From contig CACWLF010000002.1 of NCBI GenBank assembly GCA_902761645.1, positions 9,535 to 73,534 of the forward strand: 64,000 nucleotides of DNA, in the 5' to 3' direction. The translations under genes and the position numbers were made by a program. This document shows positions 1-9,656 of this stretch, piece after piece (positions within the stretch are counted from its first letter, which is position 1; each line of letters begins with the position of its first letter). A model generated the notes under the pieces. It was not told the DNA's origin. It saw nothing but the letters and a program-made list of their open reading frames with translations, and searched no databases. The stretch is from an uncultured Aeromonadales bacterium. Its GTDB lineage: Bacteria; Pseudomonadota; Gammaproteobacteria; Enterobacterales; Succinivibrionaceae.

Positions 1-31
1 ATATGACAGTGAGTGACGTTAATAAATATAT

Positions 32-60
32 TTGACAATGGTTTGTTTGAATGATATTAT
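32..60 (+). promoter_or_regulatory. candidate sigma70 promoter of recA (TTGACA - 17 nt - TATTAT)
   Basis: TTGACA at 32-37, 17-nt spacer, TATTAT at 55-60, about 50 nt upstream of the recA ATG. Confidence 0.5.
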
Positions 61-109
61 ATATGTAAATTTATAATGTAATAACAAATTAAAATTAAAA
101 GGTTTTAAA

Positions 110-1207
110 ATGGAAGAAAAGAACAGTAAAAGTGTGAAGGATGATAAGTCAAAAGCGTTAAAAGCCGCTATGGATCAAATTGAAAAACAATATGGCAAGG
201 GTTCTATTATGCGAATGGGTGATACCACCATCACCGATGTTGATACCATTCCTACAGGTTCGATTTCTCTTGATATTGCCTTAGGTATTGGCGGTTTACC
301 TTGCGGACGCATAGTTGAAATATTCGGACCTGAATCTTCAGGTAAAACAACCTTGACTTTAGAAATTATTTCAGAGGCGCAAAAAATGGGAAAAACATGT
401 GCATTTATAGATGCTGAACATGCTCTAGATCCTATTTATGCTTCAAAAATCGGAGTTAAAGTGGATGATCTTCTGGTATCTCAGCCTGATACAGGCGAAC
501 AGGCTTTGGAAATATGTGATATGCTGGTGAGATCCGGTGCTGTTGATGTTGTTATTGTCGACTCTGTGGCAGCTTTGACACCTAAAGCTGAAATTGAAGG
601 AGAAATGGGTGAGTCTCACATGGGGCTTCAGGCTCGTTTAATGTCTCAGGCGCTGAGAAAATTAACAGCAAATATTAAGAATGCTAATTGTTTGTGTGTG
701 TTCATCAATCAGATAAGAATGAAAATCGGAATTGCTTTCGGTAACCCTGAAACCACCACAGGCGGTCAGGCTTTGAAGTTCTATTCCTCTGTAAGATTGG
801 ATATCAGAAGAACCGGTACTGTTAAGAACGGCAATGATGTAATCGGTTCTGAAACAAGAGTAAAAGTTGTAAAAAACAAAATGGCGGCTCCGTTTAAACA
901 GGCTGAATTCAACATTATCTACAACGAAGGTATATCAAAGCAAAGTGAAATTATAGATTTAGGCGTAAAATGCGGAATTGTTCAGAAATCGGGAGCGTGG
1001 TTTGCCTATAACGGTGAAAAAATCGGACAGGGTAAGATAAATGCCGCTAATTTCCTGAAGGAAAATGAAACTGTGGCAAATGAAATAGAAAAACAAATCC
1101 GGGATCAGCTTATGCACAGTGATAAATATGAAGGTGATATTGGCGGTTTTGATGAAGTTTCTTACGATGAAACAGATGTTCCTCCTTCAGAGGATGAACC
1201 GTTTTAG
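110..1207 (+). CDS. recA: recombinase RecA
   Basis: 365-aa ORF. Walker [24 protein letters not shown] and QIRMKIG motifs. Acidic C-terminal tail. recX follows. Confidence 0.98.
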   Translation: MEEKNSKSVKDDKSKALKAAMDQIEKQYGKGSIMRMGDTTITDVDTIPTGSISLDIALGIGGLPCGRIVEIFGPESSGKTTLTLEIISEAQKMGKTCAFIDAEHALDPIYASKIGVKVDDLLVSQPDTGEQALEICDMLVRSGAVDVVIVDSVAALTPKAEIEGEMGESHMGLQARLMSQALRKLTANIKNANCLCVFINQIRMKIGIAFGNPETTTGGQALKFYSSVRLDIRRTGTVKNGNDVIGSETRVKVVKNKMAAPFKQAEFNIIYNEGISKQSEIIDLGVKCGIVQKSGAWFAYNGEKIGQGKINAANFLKENETVANEIEKQIRDQLMHSDKYEGDIGGFDEVSYDETDVPPSEDEPF

Positions 1208-1231
1208 TTAATACTCAACTTTTATTTTTTG

Positions 1232-1270
1232 ATCGCATTATCTTGGAAAGAGTTCAGGTAATGCGATTTT
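1232..1270 (+). terminator. rho-independent terminator/attenuator between recA and recX
   Basis: ATCGCATTA (1232-1240) pairs with TAATGCGAT (1259-1267), followed by TTTTATT. Confidence 0.55.
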
Positions 1271-1301
1271 ATTGTATTTTGACTGTATTCGGCGTGATAG
1301 T

Positions 1302-1769
1302 ATGTGCGACGAGAATGAATTATTAAAAAAAGCTGTTACCTATATTATGTCTCTTGTTGCAAAAAGAGAATACTCAATATCTGATCTAACGAACAAATTA
1401 ATGAGCAAGTACGAGAATCAGATAGTTGATTCGGCTATTAATTATGCAATAGAGCATAATTACGTATCGGATGAGCGGTACTCCGAAATGTTTGTAAGAT
1501 ACAGGGCAAACAACTATTACGGACCTAAGAAGATATATTATGAACTTAAATTGAAAAGGATAAATGAGAATATTATCAGTTCGGCAATAGAAAACTGCGG
1601 GATATCTTTTGAGGAGAGGGCAAAAGAATATTTTGACCGTAAATTCGCTGATTCAGATCTGAATGATCGCAAATTAAAGGAAAAAGCATATCGAAGCATG
1701 ATCAACCGTGGCTATACAAATGAACAGGTGAATTTCTGCTTTATAACCATGGATTCTCATCAGGAATAA
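1302..1769 (+). CDS. recX: RecA regulator RecX
   Basis: Position directly after recA. About 155 aa with helical-repeat composition and RecX-like size. ORF track starts at TTG 1272, inside the terminator T-run, so ATG 1302 is preferred. Confidence 0.8.
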   Translation: MCDENELLKKAVTYIMSLVAKREYSISDLTNKLMSKYENQIVDSAINYAIEHNYVSDERYSEMFVRYRANNYYGPKKIYYELKLKRINENIISSAIENCGISFEERAKEYFDRKFADSDLNDRKLKEKAYRSMINRGYTNEQVNFCFITMDSHQE

Positions 1770-1809
1770 ATCATACAAAAAGAATGCAGAAAATAATCGT
1801 GTACTAAAG

Positions 1810-1838
1810 TTGCAATTGACATTGTTAAAAAATATAAT
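1810..1838 (+). promoter_or_regulatory. candidate sigma70 promoter of alaS (TTGCAA - 17 nt - TATAAT)
   Basis: TTGCAA at 1810-1815, 17-nt spacer, perfect TATAAT at 1833-1838. Confidence 0.45.
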
Positions 1839-1959
1839 TATTGCCTGTGAAAAAGGCTTTTGTTATTGGATTGTTTAATACAATCAATAAATCAAACTTA
1901 ACTTATTTTAGATTGGAGGATCATATTTGTTTCAAATATGATGCGTGTTATATATGGTA

Positions 1960-4581
1960 ATGACAACAACAGAAATAAGAACAGCTTTTTTGGAATTTTT
2001 TAAATCTAAGGGACATCAAATAGTTTCATCCAGTTCCCTGGTTCCTAATAATGATCCTACATTATTGTTTACTAATGCAGGTATGAATCAGTTTAAAGAT
2101 GTCTTTTTAGGAAAAGAAAAGCGTTCTTATACAAGAGCTACTACAGCGCAAAAATGTGTTAGAGCTGGCGGTAAACACAACGATTTGGATAATGTAGGTT
2201 ATACAGCGCGTCACCACACTTTTTTTGAAATGCTGGGAAATTTTAGTTTTGGCGATTATTTTAAGAAGGAAGTGATTCCTTTTGCGTGGGAGTTTTTAAC
2301 CGAAGTAATCAAGTTGCCGAAAGAACGTTTAACAGTGACAGTATATGCTGAAGACGACGAAGCTTACAATATCTGGCACGATGTTGTTGGATTACCTGCA
2401 GAAAGAATTATAAAAATCGGAGATAACAAAGGAGCCAAGTATGCATCCGATAATTTCTGGCAGATGGGTGATACCGGTCCTTGCGGTCCAAGCACTGAAA
2501 TATTCTACGATCATGGTGCAGACATCTGGGGAGGTCCTCCTGGCTCTCCAGAAGAAGACGGCGACAGATATATAGAAATTTGGAATCTTGTATTTATGCA
2601 GTTCAATCGTCTGGCTGACGGAACCATGGAAAAATTGCCTAAGCCGTCCGTTGATACCGGTATGGGATTGGAACGTATTGCTGCTGTTCTTCAGGGTGTC
2701 CACAACAACTATGATATTGATTTATTCAGGGATTTGATTGCCTTTATTGCAAATCTTTTAAAGGTGGATGACTTAACAAATAAATCTCTGAGAGTTATTG
2801 CAGATCATATCAGATCATGTTCATTCCTGATAGCCGACGGAGTAATGCCGTCTAATGAAGGCAGAGGCTATGTACTTCGCAGAATTATTCGCCGTGCAAT
2901 CAGACATGGTCGTTTACTTGGTGTTAAAGAAATATTTTTCTACAAGATAGTTGCTAAACTGGCTGAACTTATGGGGGCTGCATACCCTGAACTGGTACAG
3001 CAGCAGCCTGTTATAGAAAAAGTATTACGTGTAGAGGAAGAACAATTCGCGAAGACAATCGATCGCGGTCTGGCTTTGCTGGAAGATGCTCTGTCCAATA
3101 TTGGTGACACTAAGGTTATTCCTGGCAATATTGTGTTTAAATTATACGATACTTACGGATTTCCTGCCGATTTGACCGCCGATGTTGTACGTGACCGCGG
3201 ATATACCATCGATAATCAGGGATTTGATGAACTGATGCAGAAACAAAAGGCATTGGCAAAAGAAAACTCTAATTTCAAGGTTGATTACAATAAGCAGCTG
3301 TCATGCAAGTTTGCTTCAGATTTTATCGGGTATGAAAAAATTTCTGCCGAAGGAAAAATTTTAGAAATTTTCAAAGACGGTAAAAATTCGGTTGACTCTG
3401 TGGGCGCCGGTGATGATGCCCTGATTGTTTTAGATCAGACTCCTTTCTATGGAGAAAAGGGTGGACAGGTAGGAGATTTAGGTGTAATCGAATCAGCCAA
3501 CGGAAAATTTGTTGTTACAGATACCCAGATACTTGGTAACGCTATTGCACATGTCGGATATGTTGAACAGGGTGCTTTTGAGGTTGGCGGAATCGCTACA
3601 GCCAAAGTTGATGTGGGTAACCGTAGTCAGATTTGTGCTCATCACTCTGCAACTCATCTGCTTCAGGCTGCTCTGCAGCAGGTTTTGGGGTCTCATGTTG
3701 CTCAAAAAGGTTCTTTTGTATGTGCCAATCGTCTCCGTTTTGACTTCTCTCATTTTGAAGCCATGACAAGCGAACAGCTTCTGCAGGTTGAAAAACTGGT
3801 TAATGAACAGATTAGAGCAAACAATGAAATCAATACTGCCGTAATGAGCCTGGAAGATGCCAAGAAAACATGCGCTATGGCATTATTTAATGATAAATAT
3901 GATGATGTTGTACGAGTGGTTTCCATGGGGGATTTTTCCAAGGAACTGTGCGGAGGAACTCATGCAAAGAGAACCGGTGATTTGGGTTTGTTCAAAATTG
4001 AAAGCGAGTCCGGTATTTCTGCCGGCGTTAGAAGAATTGAGGCTTTGGTAGGCAGTGCTGCTGTTGCAGAAATGCAGGAACAATCAAATCAGGTCGTTGC
4101 AATCAATCACATGGTTAAAGGTGAGGGAAATGCAATTGATAAAGTTTCTGCTTTGTTAGATGAACAGAAGGCTTTGGAAAAACAGATTTCTCTGTTGAAG
4201 GAGAAGATAGCTGTTGGTTTATCAGCGTCTTTGATGAACGAAATAATCACTATAAACAATACTAAGGTTATAGTATCGGAACTGACGGATGTTGAGGTGA
4301 AAAATCTGCGAACAATCCTTGATGATCTGAAGTCGAGAATTGGAAGCGGCATTATTGTTTTGGCTACTAAGGTTAATTCTGAAAAAGTTAGTTTGATAGC
4401 GGGTGTTACATCTGATTTGACCTCCAAGATCAAAGCCGGTGAGTTGATTAATATGGTTGCTTCGTTTGTTGGTGGCAAGGGTGGCGGTCGCCCTGATATG
4501 GCTCAGGCGGGAGGCACTAAACCTGAATGTCTGGATAAGGCCTTGGCAAATGTACACGCATGGCTTGAAGAAAGACTTTAA
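1960..4581 (+). CDS. alaS: alanine--tRNA ligase
   Basis: N-terminus [22 protein letters not shown] aligns with E. coli Ala[34 protein letters not shown] motif. About 873 aa. Start is ambiguous between GTG 1945, ATG 1954 and ATG 1960. Confidence 0.97.
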   Translation: MTTTEIRTAFLEFFKSKGHQIVSSSSLVPNNDPTLLFTNAGMNQFKDVFLGKEKRSYTRATTAQKCVRAGGKHNDLDNVGYTARHHTFFEMLGNFSFGDYFKKEVIPFAWEFLTEVIKLPKERLTVTVYAEDDEAYNIWHDVVGLPAERIIKIGDNKGAKYASDNFWQMGDTGPCGPSTEIFYDHGADIWGGPPGSPEEDGDRYIEIWNLVFMQFNRLADGTMEKLPKPSVDTGMGLERIAAVLQGVHNNYDIDLFRDLIAFIANLLKVDDLTNKSLRVIADHIRSCSFLIADGVMPSNEGRGYVLRRIIRRAIRHGRLLGVKEIFFYKIVAKLAELMGAAYPELVQQQPVIEKVLRVEEEQFAKTIDRGLALLEDALSNIGDTKVIPGNIVFKLYDTYGFPADLTADVVRDRGYTIDNQGFDELMQKQKALAKENSNFKVDYNKQLSCKFASDFIGYEKISAEGKILEIFKDGKNSVDSVGAGDDALIVLDQTPFYGEKGGQVGDLGVIESANGKFVVTDTQILGNAIAHVGYVEQGAFEVGGIATAKVDVGNRSQICAHHSATHLLQAALQQVLGSHVAQKGSFVCANRLRFDFSHFEAMTSEQLLQVEKLVNEQIRANNEINTAVMSLEDAKKTCAMALFNDKYDDVVRVVSMGDFSKELCGGTHAKRTGDLGLFKIESESGISAGVRRIEALVGSAAVAEMQEQSNQVVAINHMVKGEGNAIDKVSALLDEQKALEKQISLLKEKIAVGLSASLMNEIITINNTKVIVSELTDVEVKNLRTILDDLKSRIGSGIIVLATKVNSEKVSLIAGVTSDLTSKIKAGELINMVASFVGGKGGGRPDMAQAGGTKPECLDKALANVHAWLEERL

Positions 4582-4616
4582 TATGTAGACTATATCTTAA
4601 AATATAATTTTGGCTA

Positions 4617-4652
4617 AGTGCCGGTTTGATTTGTTTCAAACCGGCACTTTTT
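4617..4652 (+). terminator. rho-independent terminator after alaS
   Basis: Perfect 13-bp stem AGTGCCGGTTTGA / TCAAACCGGCACT with a 6-nt loop, followed by TTTTT. Confidence 0.85.
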
Positions 4653-4768
4653 ATATGTGTCTTCTGATAAAACGAAATTTAAAAAATTATATGTTTATTA
4701 CCCATTTTTATATATTTGTGGTAATATAAAAGTGTAATGTATTCAACTTGTTTTACTTTGGGTTAACT

Positions 4769-5002
4769 ATGCTGATTTTGACACGTCGTGTTGGAGAGAC
4801 TGTTGTTGTTGGGGATAATATCCTGGTTACAGTTCTTGGTTTTAAAGGTAACCAGGTTCGGTTGGGTATTGAGGCTCCCGCTGATGTTGCCGTGCATAGG
4901 GAAGAAATATTCAATCGTCTTCAGCTTGATGAAGAAAATGAAGGGCACGAGGATAATATAGATACCTTTGGTCTCTTTGATTCTAAAACAGATCATAAAT
5001 AG
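4769..5002 (+). CDS. csrA: carbon storage regulator CsrA with extended C-terminus
   Basis: [16 protein letters not shown]...[19 protein letters not shown] is near-identical in pattern to E. coli CsrA. 77 aa versus 61 aa. ORF track start 4748 is upstream of the conserved MLILTRR. Confidence 0.95.
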   Translation: MLILTRRVGETVVVGDNILVTVLGFKGNQVRLGIEAPADVAVHREEIFNRLQLDEENEGHEDNIDTFGLFDSKTDHK

Positions 5003-5064
5003 CTCCGCTCTGTATAAATATTATTCATAAGAATTTTATTTTGAATCGCAGCCTGTATTTCTTC

Positions 5065-5092
5065 TTGACTTATTTTTATTTCAAGTTATTAT
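5065..5092 (+). promoter_or_regulatory. candidate tRNA operon promoter (TTGACT - 16 nt - TATTAT, GC-rich discriminator)
   Basis: TTGACT 5065-5070 and TATTAT 5087-5092, then ataaCGCG just before the mature tRNA 5' end at 5107. Confidence 0.5.
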
Positions 5093-5106
5093 ATAACGCG
5101 TTGTTT

Positions 5107-5198
5107 GGTGAGATGACTGAGAGGCCGAAAGTACTCCCCTGCTAAGGGAGCATGCGCCCAAAAGCGCATCGAGGGTTCGAATCCCTCTCTCACCGCCA
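5107..5198 (+). tRNA. serV: tRNA-Ser (anticodon GCT), long variable arm, encoded CCA
   Basis: Acceptor GGTGAGA/TCTCACC. Anticodon stem-loop CTCCC-CTGCTAA-GGGAG. Long variable arm. T-arm GAGGGTTCGAATCCCTC. 3' GCCA. Same csrA-serV-argV order as E. coli. Confidence 0.93.
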
Positions 5199-5210
5199 TC
5201 TTCATTTAGT

Positions 5211-5287
5211 GCACCCGTGGCTCAGCTGGATAGAGTACTCGGCTACGAACCGATTGGTCGGGGGTTCGAATCCCTCCGGGTGCGCCA
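5211..5287 (+). tRNA. argV: tRNA-Arg (anticodon ACG), encoded CCA
   Basis: Acceptor GCACCCG/CGGGTGC. D-arm GCTCAGCTGGATAGAGT. Anticodon loop CTACGAA. T-arm GGGGGTTCGAATCCCTC. 3' GCCA. Confidence 0.93.
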
Positions 5288-5433
5288 TCATTGTATTCGT
5301 CATTTAAATTGTAAGTCTTAATTATTCCTGTTGTTTCTTTTGATGCTTTAAATGAAGAGATATAAACCAGATAAGCTTTGTGATATTATATACGCCGGTT
5401 TTAGCTGATCAGAATAATTGAAACATAAGGATA

Positions 5434-6444
5434 ATGATGAACATTAATCAATTACCGGAAAATACATCAGAATGGTCAAAAATTCTGAATAAGGGTTCTT
5501 TGTATACAGTTGATCATGATGGTGAATTTAATATAACGAATAAAATACCTTTTAAGGCATCGATAACTGTATTACTGGCGTATTCAATAAAATCAACGCA
5601 TGTTAAACAGTTTTTGGATCTTTCCAGTAAATTTCATTTAAAAACCTATTATGTAGCTACATTTCATGAATCTGGTGTTACAGGAATTATTTTTACTCAT
5701 GATAAATTTGATAATGAGTATTCACAGGAATTAAAATTTCTGAATTGGAATATTGATGCATTTCACGTTGGTTCATTACCGAATCCAAATAATCAGGGTG
5801 TTATTTTAATGGATATGGATGCAACCTGTGTTCAATGTGAATGCATAGATGAAATGGCCAAACTTGCCGGTATAGGAGAGCAGGTATCTGCTGTTACAGC
5901 TCAGGCAATGAAAGGACATATGGAATTCCAGGAAAGTTTCAGAAGAAGAGTGGCTTTGTTTAATGGCAAGAGTGAGTCAATTATGGATACTGTGGAAGAA
6001 AATCTTCCTGTTATGCCGGGATTTGCTGAACTGGTAAAAAAAGCCAAGAGTTACAATTGGAAACTTGCCATTGCCTCTGGCGGTTTTACACGTTATGTCA
6101 CTAAATTAAAAAATGAATTTAATTTAGATTATGTTGTAGCAAATGATATTGAAGCTATAGATGGCGTTTTTACAGGTAAGGTTTTGGGTCAAATTGTAGA
6201 TTCAAAAGTTAAGGCCAGGACTCTTTTAATGTTAAAAGATCAATATAAGGTTAATACTTCTGAGACAATTGCTATTGGTGATGGTGCAAATGATCTGCCG
6301 ATGATTTCATTGGCAGGAACCGGAATAGCAATTCATGCCAAACCTATTGTAAGAGAGCAGGCTCCAATCACTATAAATAATTTGAACTTGCACGCGGCGG
6401 CAGCAATTCTGGAAGCGAGTTCAATTCTTGCGAATCTGGATTAA
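5434..6444 (+). CDS. serB: phosphoserine phosphatase SerB (HAD family)
   Basis: HAD motif I DMDATCV, motif III-IV region K...GDGANDLPM, and an N-terminal ACT-like extension typical of SerB. Confidence 0.85.
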   Translation: MMNINQLPENTSEWSKILNKGSLYTVDHDGEFNITNKIPFKASITVLLAYSIKSTHVKQFLDLSSKFHLKTYYVATFHESGVTGIIFTHDKFDNEYSQELKFLNWNIDAFHVGSLPNPNNQGVILMDMDATCVQCECIDEMAKLAGIGEQVSAVTAQAMKGHMEFQESFRRRVALFNGKSESIMDTVEENLPVMPGFAELVKKAKSYNWKLAIASGGFTRYVTKLKNEFNLDYVVANDIEAIDGVFTGKVLGQIVDSKVKARTLLMLKDQYKVNTSETIAIGDGANDLPMISLAGTGIAIHAKPIVREQAPITINNLNLHAAAAILEASSILANLD

Positions 6445-6482
6445 CTTTAAAGATGCGCAATCGCGCATAAATGAATTTGCTG

Positions 6483-6515
6483 AGGGCTGGTTAATAAAAA
6501 AAACAGCCCTTTCTT
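6483..6515 (+). terminator. hairpin terminator after serB
   Basis: AGGGCTG (6483-6489) / CAGCCCT (6504-6510) with an A-rich loop, then TTTCTT. Weaker than the other terminators. Confidence 0.4.
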
Positions 6516-6528
6516 ATATATAAGCGTG

Positions 6529-7110
6529 TTATGAACATTCACCTTTGTTAAAGGTAGCATGTCCGACTTCTGTCTGGGATTGTAATAAATAGTAGGAATA
6601 TTTTATTTTCCATAAATCATCCCAATTGGATATATTTTTCATTAAGCTGCAGGCTATAGGTTTGTTCTTTAACAAAAGCGTATTCAATTTGGATGAATTA
6701 AATTTGTTTAAATCTTCTTTTGATAATTTTCGATCATCAATTTCTATTTTGAAAGTTAATACGTTATCCAAAAATTCAGCATCTCTTATTACCGTTAGTT
6801 GGTCAATTGTTTGCGGTATTTGTTTTTTAATTCCGTTTAATATTTGAATCTGTATTTCATTTGTTGATTTGTTTGTAATTTCAGAAGAAACCGCCAGTTC
6901 TCCTATTTCCTGGTTTATTTCTTGAGACTGCTGATCAAGAGATTTGATTTCCTGCTTTTTGGATTCTTTATTGTAGGACAACAATTGGTACATTAAAATA
7001 ACGGAGATAACGACCAATAAAAACAGTATGAATTTAATCATCAGCTTTTTTTGTTGAATCACAAATTCCTTGCGACGAGCGTCTAATTCTTCTTTTGTAT
7101 TATTATTCAT
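6529..7110 (-). CDS. hypothetical bitopic membrane protein (N-in TM helix, coiled coil, C-terminal periplasmic domain)
   Basis: 193-aa ORF, 6 nt downstream of the M23 peptidase gene on the same strand. Hydrophobic segment FILFLLVVISVILMYQLL, then a Q/E/K-rich heptad-like stretch. No family recognised. Confidence 0.6.
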   Translation of the reverse strand: MNNNTKEELDARRKEFVIQQKKLMIKFILFLLVVISVILMYQLLSYNKESKKQEIKSLDQQSQEINQEIGELAVSSEITNKSTNEIQIQILNGIKKQIPQTIDQLTVIRDAEFLDNVLTFKIEIDDRKLSKEDLNKFNSSKLNTLLLKNKPIACSLMKNISNWDDLWKIKYSYYLLQSQTEVGHATFNKGECS

Positions 7111-7116
7111 AACTAA

Positions 7117-8808
7117 CTATTTAATTCGTAATTTCTGTTTGTAAAGACGAACTTTTGCCATAAATGTTTTATTGCCGGATGAAGAACGGGTAGGGTTATA
7201 TATCGGCAGACCTGAATTTGTTGAATCAACAGCATGGCCGTTGATTTCCAACTGATAATGGATATGAGGACCGGTGCTTATACCACCGGACATTCCGGCC
7301 AAGCCAATTGTTTGTCCTTGTTTTACTGCTTGTCCATCACTAACCAGAATTTTGCTGAGGTGCATGTATATGGTCTGGATTCCGCTTCCGTGATCAACAA
7401 CTATATAGTGACCTGCACCGGGGAACTGGTGACCAACCTTTTTGATAACTCCATTTGAGGTAGTAAACACCGGAGTACCCATTGGACATGGATAGTCAGT
7501 ACCTAAATGAGCTCTGTATCTTTTTAGAGTAGGATGATAGCGTGAAGGTGAAAAAGGTGATGATATTTTCAAGTTCTTTACCTTGATCGGTACTTTTAAA
7601 AATCTTGTGGTTATTGTGGAGTTCATACCAACTTCATCATAATATCTTCCGTCTGCCTCTGAAAGAAACATATTTCGATTTTTACCGTTGATTGTGAAAC
7701 TTACAGCAAGAATTTTAGCTCTTTCATTTGAACTGTATCTGTCGAATAATACTTTGAAGGAATCTCCTTTTCTTATGTCACGACGGAAGTCGATTTTACC
7801 TCTGAAAATATCCGAGATTTTGCGAAGATGCTTCTTTGACAGACCTGCATTCTGACCATCTATGATGAATGAACCTTGTACAATTTTCCCCGATACAATA
7901 GTCGAATCACCGTGAATTCCCCTATCCTGATTTTTGGCTAACTGTTGTTCTTTAAGCTGTTCTAATTCTTTCTGCTTTGCTTTTTCTTTCTCCATTGCCA
8001 GCAGTCTCTGTTTTCTTTCCAGAGCTTCTTTTTCGGCTTGCTTTTGATCCTTTGTTATGCTTTCGTTTGTTTTAGCAAAAATATCAGTTATACCTGTTTT
8101 GAAAATTTCTTCATTCTGATTATTGTTTGCAATTATAGTGGTATCGATATCCTTATCAATTTTTGCTGGAACGTAATTTTTTCTCGGTTCCATTATTATT
8201 GCTACATCTTCCGTTCTATGGTAATCGATAGGATCAATGTATGAAACATATGATTTTTCCGGAGTTCTGACAAAAAGAGCCTCCTGCTTTCCGTTTTTTA
8301 AAGGTATGCTTAAACAGCGCAGTACACCTTTTTCGTCTATAAGAAAATCGACTTCCTGACCAATCCGCAAAGATACAAGACTGTTTTTTACATCTACTTT
8401 AATTACTTTTTGCAATGTTGACTGAGATATATTTAATGTTCTAAATATTGAAGCAAAGGTTTCATTTTCCCGAATGGTGTAGGTTAACCATTCGTATTCG
8501 GAAGGGACGTCATCGATATTGTCGGCATCAAATGCTTCCTTGAATATCTGCTGACTTGCGGCATCTAAATCCGTGTATACTACAATTTCTTCAATTTCGT
8601 CATCTTCAGGATTTTCTACAGTTACACTGTTGTTGTAAACATCATCGACACTCAGTTCGTATTCACTATTATCGTCATCATCTACCGGTAAAAAAGGTGC
8701 TGCTACAATTGCTAAAATTGCAAACAAAAGCAGTCCATAGACATGAATTCTTGGAATAGGACTGTTTTCCAGTAATACAGCTTTTTTTATCAGTTTAAAG
8801 ATTCTCAT
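7117..8808 (-). CDS. mepM: M23-family murein endopeptidase, MepM/YebA-like
   Basis: C-terminal LytM domain HLGTDY..GTPV...HYIVVDHG...YMHLS...GPHIHYQL. N-terminal TM helix. OapA/LysM-like YTIRENETFASIF segment. Central KEKAKQKELEQLKEQQ coiled coil. Confidence 0.8.
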   Translation of the reverse strand: MRIFKLIKKAVLLENSPIPRIHVYGLLLFAILAIVAAPFLPVDDDDNSEYELSVDDVYNNSVTVENPEDDEIEEIVVYTDLDAASQQIFKEAFDADNIDDVPSEYEWLTYTIRENETFASIFRTLNISQSTLQKVIKVDVKNSLVSLRIGQEVDFLIDEKGVLRCLSIPLKNGKQEALFVRTPEKSYVSYIDPIDYHRTEDVAIIMEPRKNYVPAKIDKDIDTTIIANNNQNEEIFKTGITDIFAKTNESITKDQKQAEKEALERKQRLLAMEKEKAKQKELEQLKEQQLAKNQDRGIHGDSTIVSGKIVQGSFIIDGQNAGLSKKHLRKISDIFRGKIDFRRDIRKGDSFKVLFDRYSSNERAKILAVSFTINGKNRNMFLSEADGRYYDEVGMNSTITTRFLKVPIKVKNLKISSPFSPSRYHPTLKRYRAHLGTDYPCPMGTPVFTTSNGVIKKVGHQFPGAGHYIVVDHGSGIQTIYMHLSKILVSDGQAVKQGQTIGLAGMSGGISTGPHIHYQLEINGHAVDSTNSGLPIYNPTRSSSGNKTFMAKVRLYKQKLRIK

Positions 8809-9004
8809 TATATTTATTTTTGCTAATTGTTTGATTTATAAGCTAATAATTAAAGTATAAAAACCTTTTGAAATTCTACACATTAACTAGATATTTGGCA
8901 AATTATCATATGTGACATATTGATTAGAGTCGCAAAAATTTTAAAAGTTCAATTATTTTGTAAATCATTATTAGTTTAAATATGATTAATTTACTGTGTA
9001 ACGA

Positions 9005-9036
9005 AATAAAAAAAGATCTGAAAATATTCAGATCTT
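9005..9036 (-). terminator. rho-independent terminator after the HU gene
   Basis: Perfect 10-bp stem AAGATCTGAA / TTCAGATCTT with a 4-nt loop. On the minus strand it is followed by TTTTTTTATTT. Confidence 0.85.
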
Positions 9037-9063
9037 CATTTATTGTTTTTTTTGACTAAAAAA

Positions 9064-9348
9064 TTAATTCTTTGCTACATTAACTTTTTCTTTTAATGCT
9101 TTACCAGCTACAAAGGTAGGAACTGTAGATGGTTTGATTTCAATAGCCTGACCGGTTCTTGGATTGCGACCAGTACGACCATTTCTGTGATTTACTTTAA
9201 ATGTACCAAAGCCAACCAGCTGAACAATTTCTCCGCTTACCAATGCTTCAGAAACTGCTTCTAACGCAGCTTCCAATGCTTTCTTGGATTGAGATTTTGT
9301 TAAGTCAGTTTTTGAAGCAATAGCATCAACTAATTCAGTCTTATTCAT
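9064..9348 (-). CDS. hupA: DNA-binding protein HU (alpha-like)
   Basis: [11 protein letters not shown]...[23 protein letters not shown]...AGKALK matches the HU family, closest by eye to the HupA pattern. Confidence 0.9.
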   Translation of the reverse strand: MNKTELVDAIASKTDLTKSQSKKALEAALEAVSEALVSGEIVQLVGFGTFKVNHRNGRTGRNPRTGQAIEIKPSTVPTFVAGKALKEKVNVAKN

Positions 9349-9656
9349 ATATAAACCTCTTAATTATAACAAAGGTGAATGACACCAATCTTTTGAGTAA
9401 ACAAACTTTAATTATTATCGTTAATTTTATTAAATAATCAAAGTATTTTAACTATCCAAGCTTTTTAAAAACTAAAAATGTGATACACAACATATTTTTA
9501 TGCAGGCTACAGATTCAATTTTCAGGCTTAGTAACTACTTGCATATACGATTGCATAAGTGACTGCGGATATCTTATTATTTTAAAACAAGCTATTCAAG
9601 ATTTTTTATGGATTTTTGCGATCTTTTATCACACTTGAACTGCTTATAATCTAAAC

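Noticed and set aside
1938-2003. 21-codon ORF ([21 protein letters not shown]) overlapping the alaS start, downstream of a GGAGGA at 1913-1918
   Set aside because: The SD-like sequence is 19 nt from the ATG, which is too far. There is no evidence of a leader-peptide mechanism for alaS. It is probably chance.
2392-4557. Multiple 60-120-aa ORFs on both strands inside alaS
   Set aside because: All are internal to the alaS frame, which is supported end to end by AlaRS motifs.
9479-9494. CRP-like site TGTGA-TACACA-ACATA upstream of the HU gene
   Set aside because: The left half is perfect but the right half matches only 3 of 5 positions. AT-rich spacers generate such half-sites easily. It cannot be scored without a matrix, so it is noted only because E. 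coli hup genes are CRP/Fis regulated.
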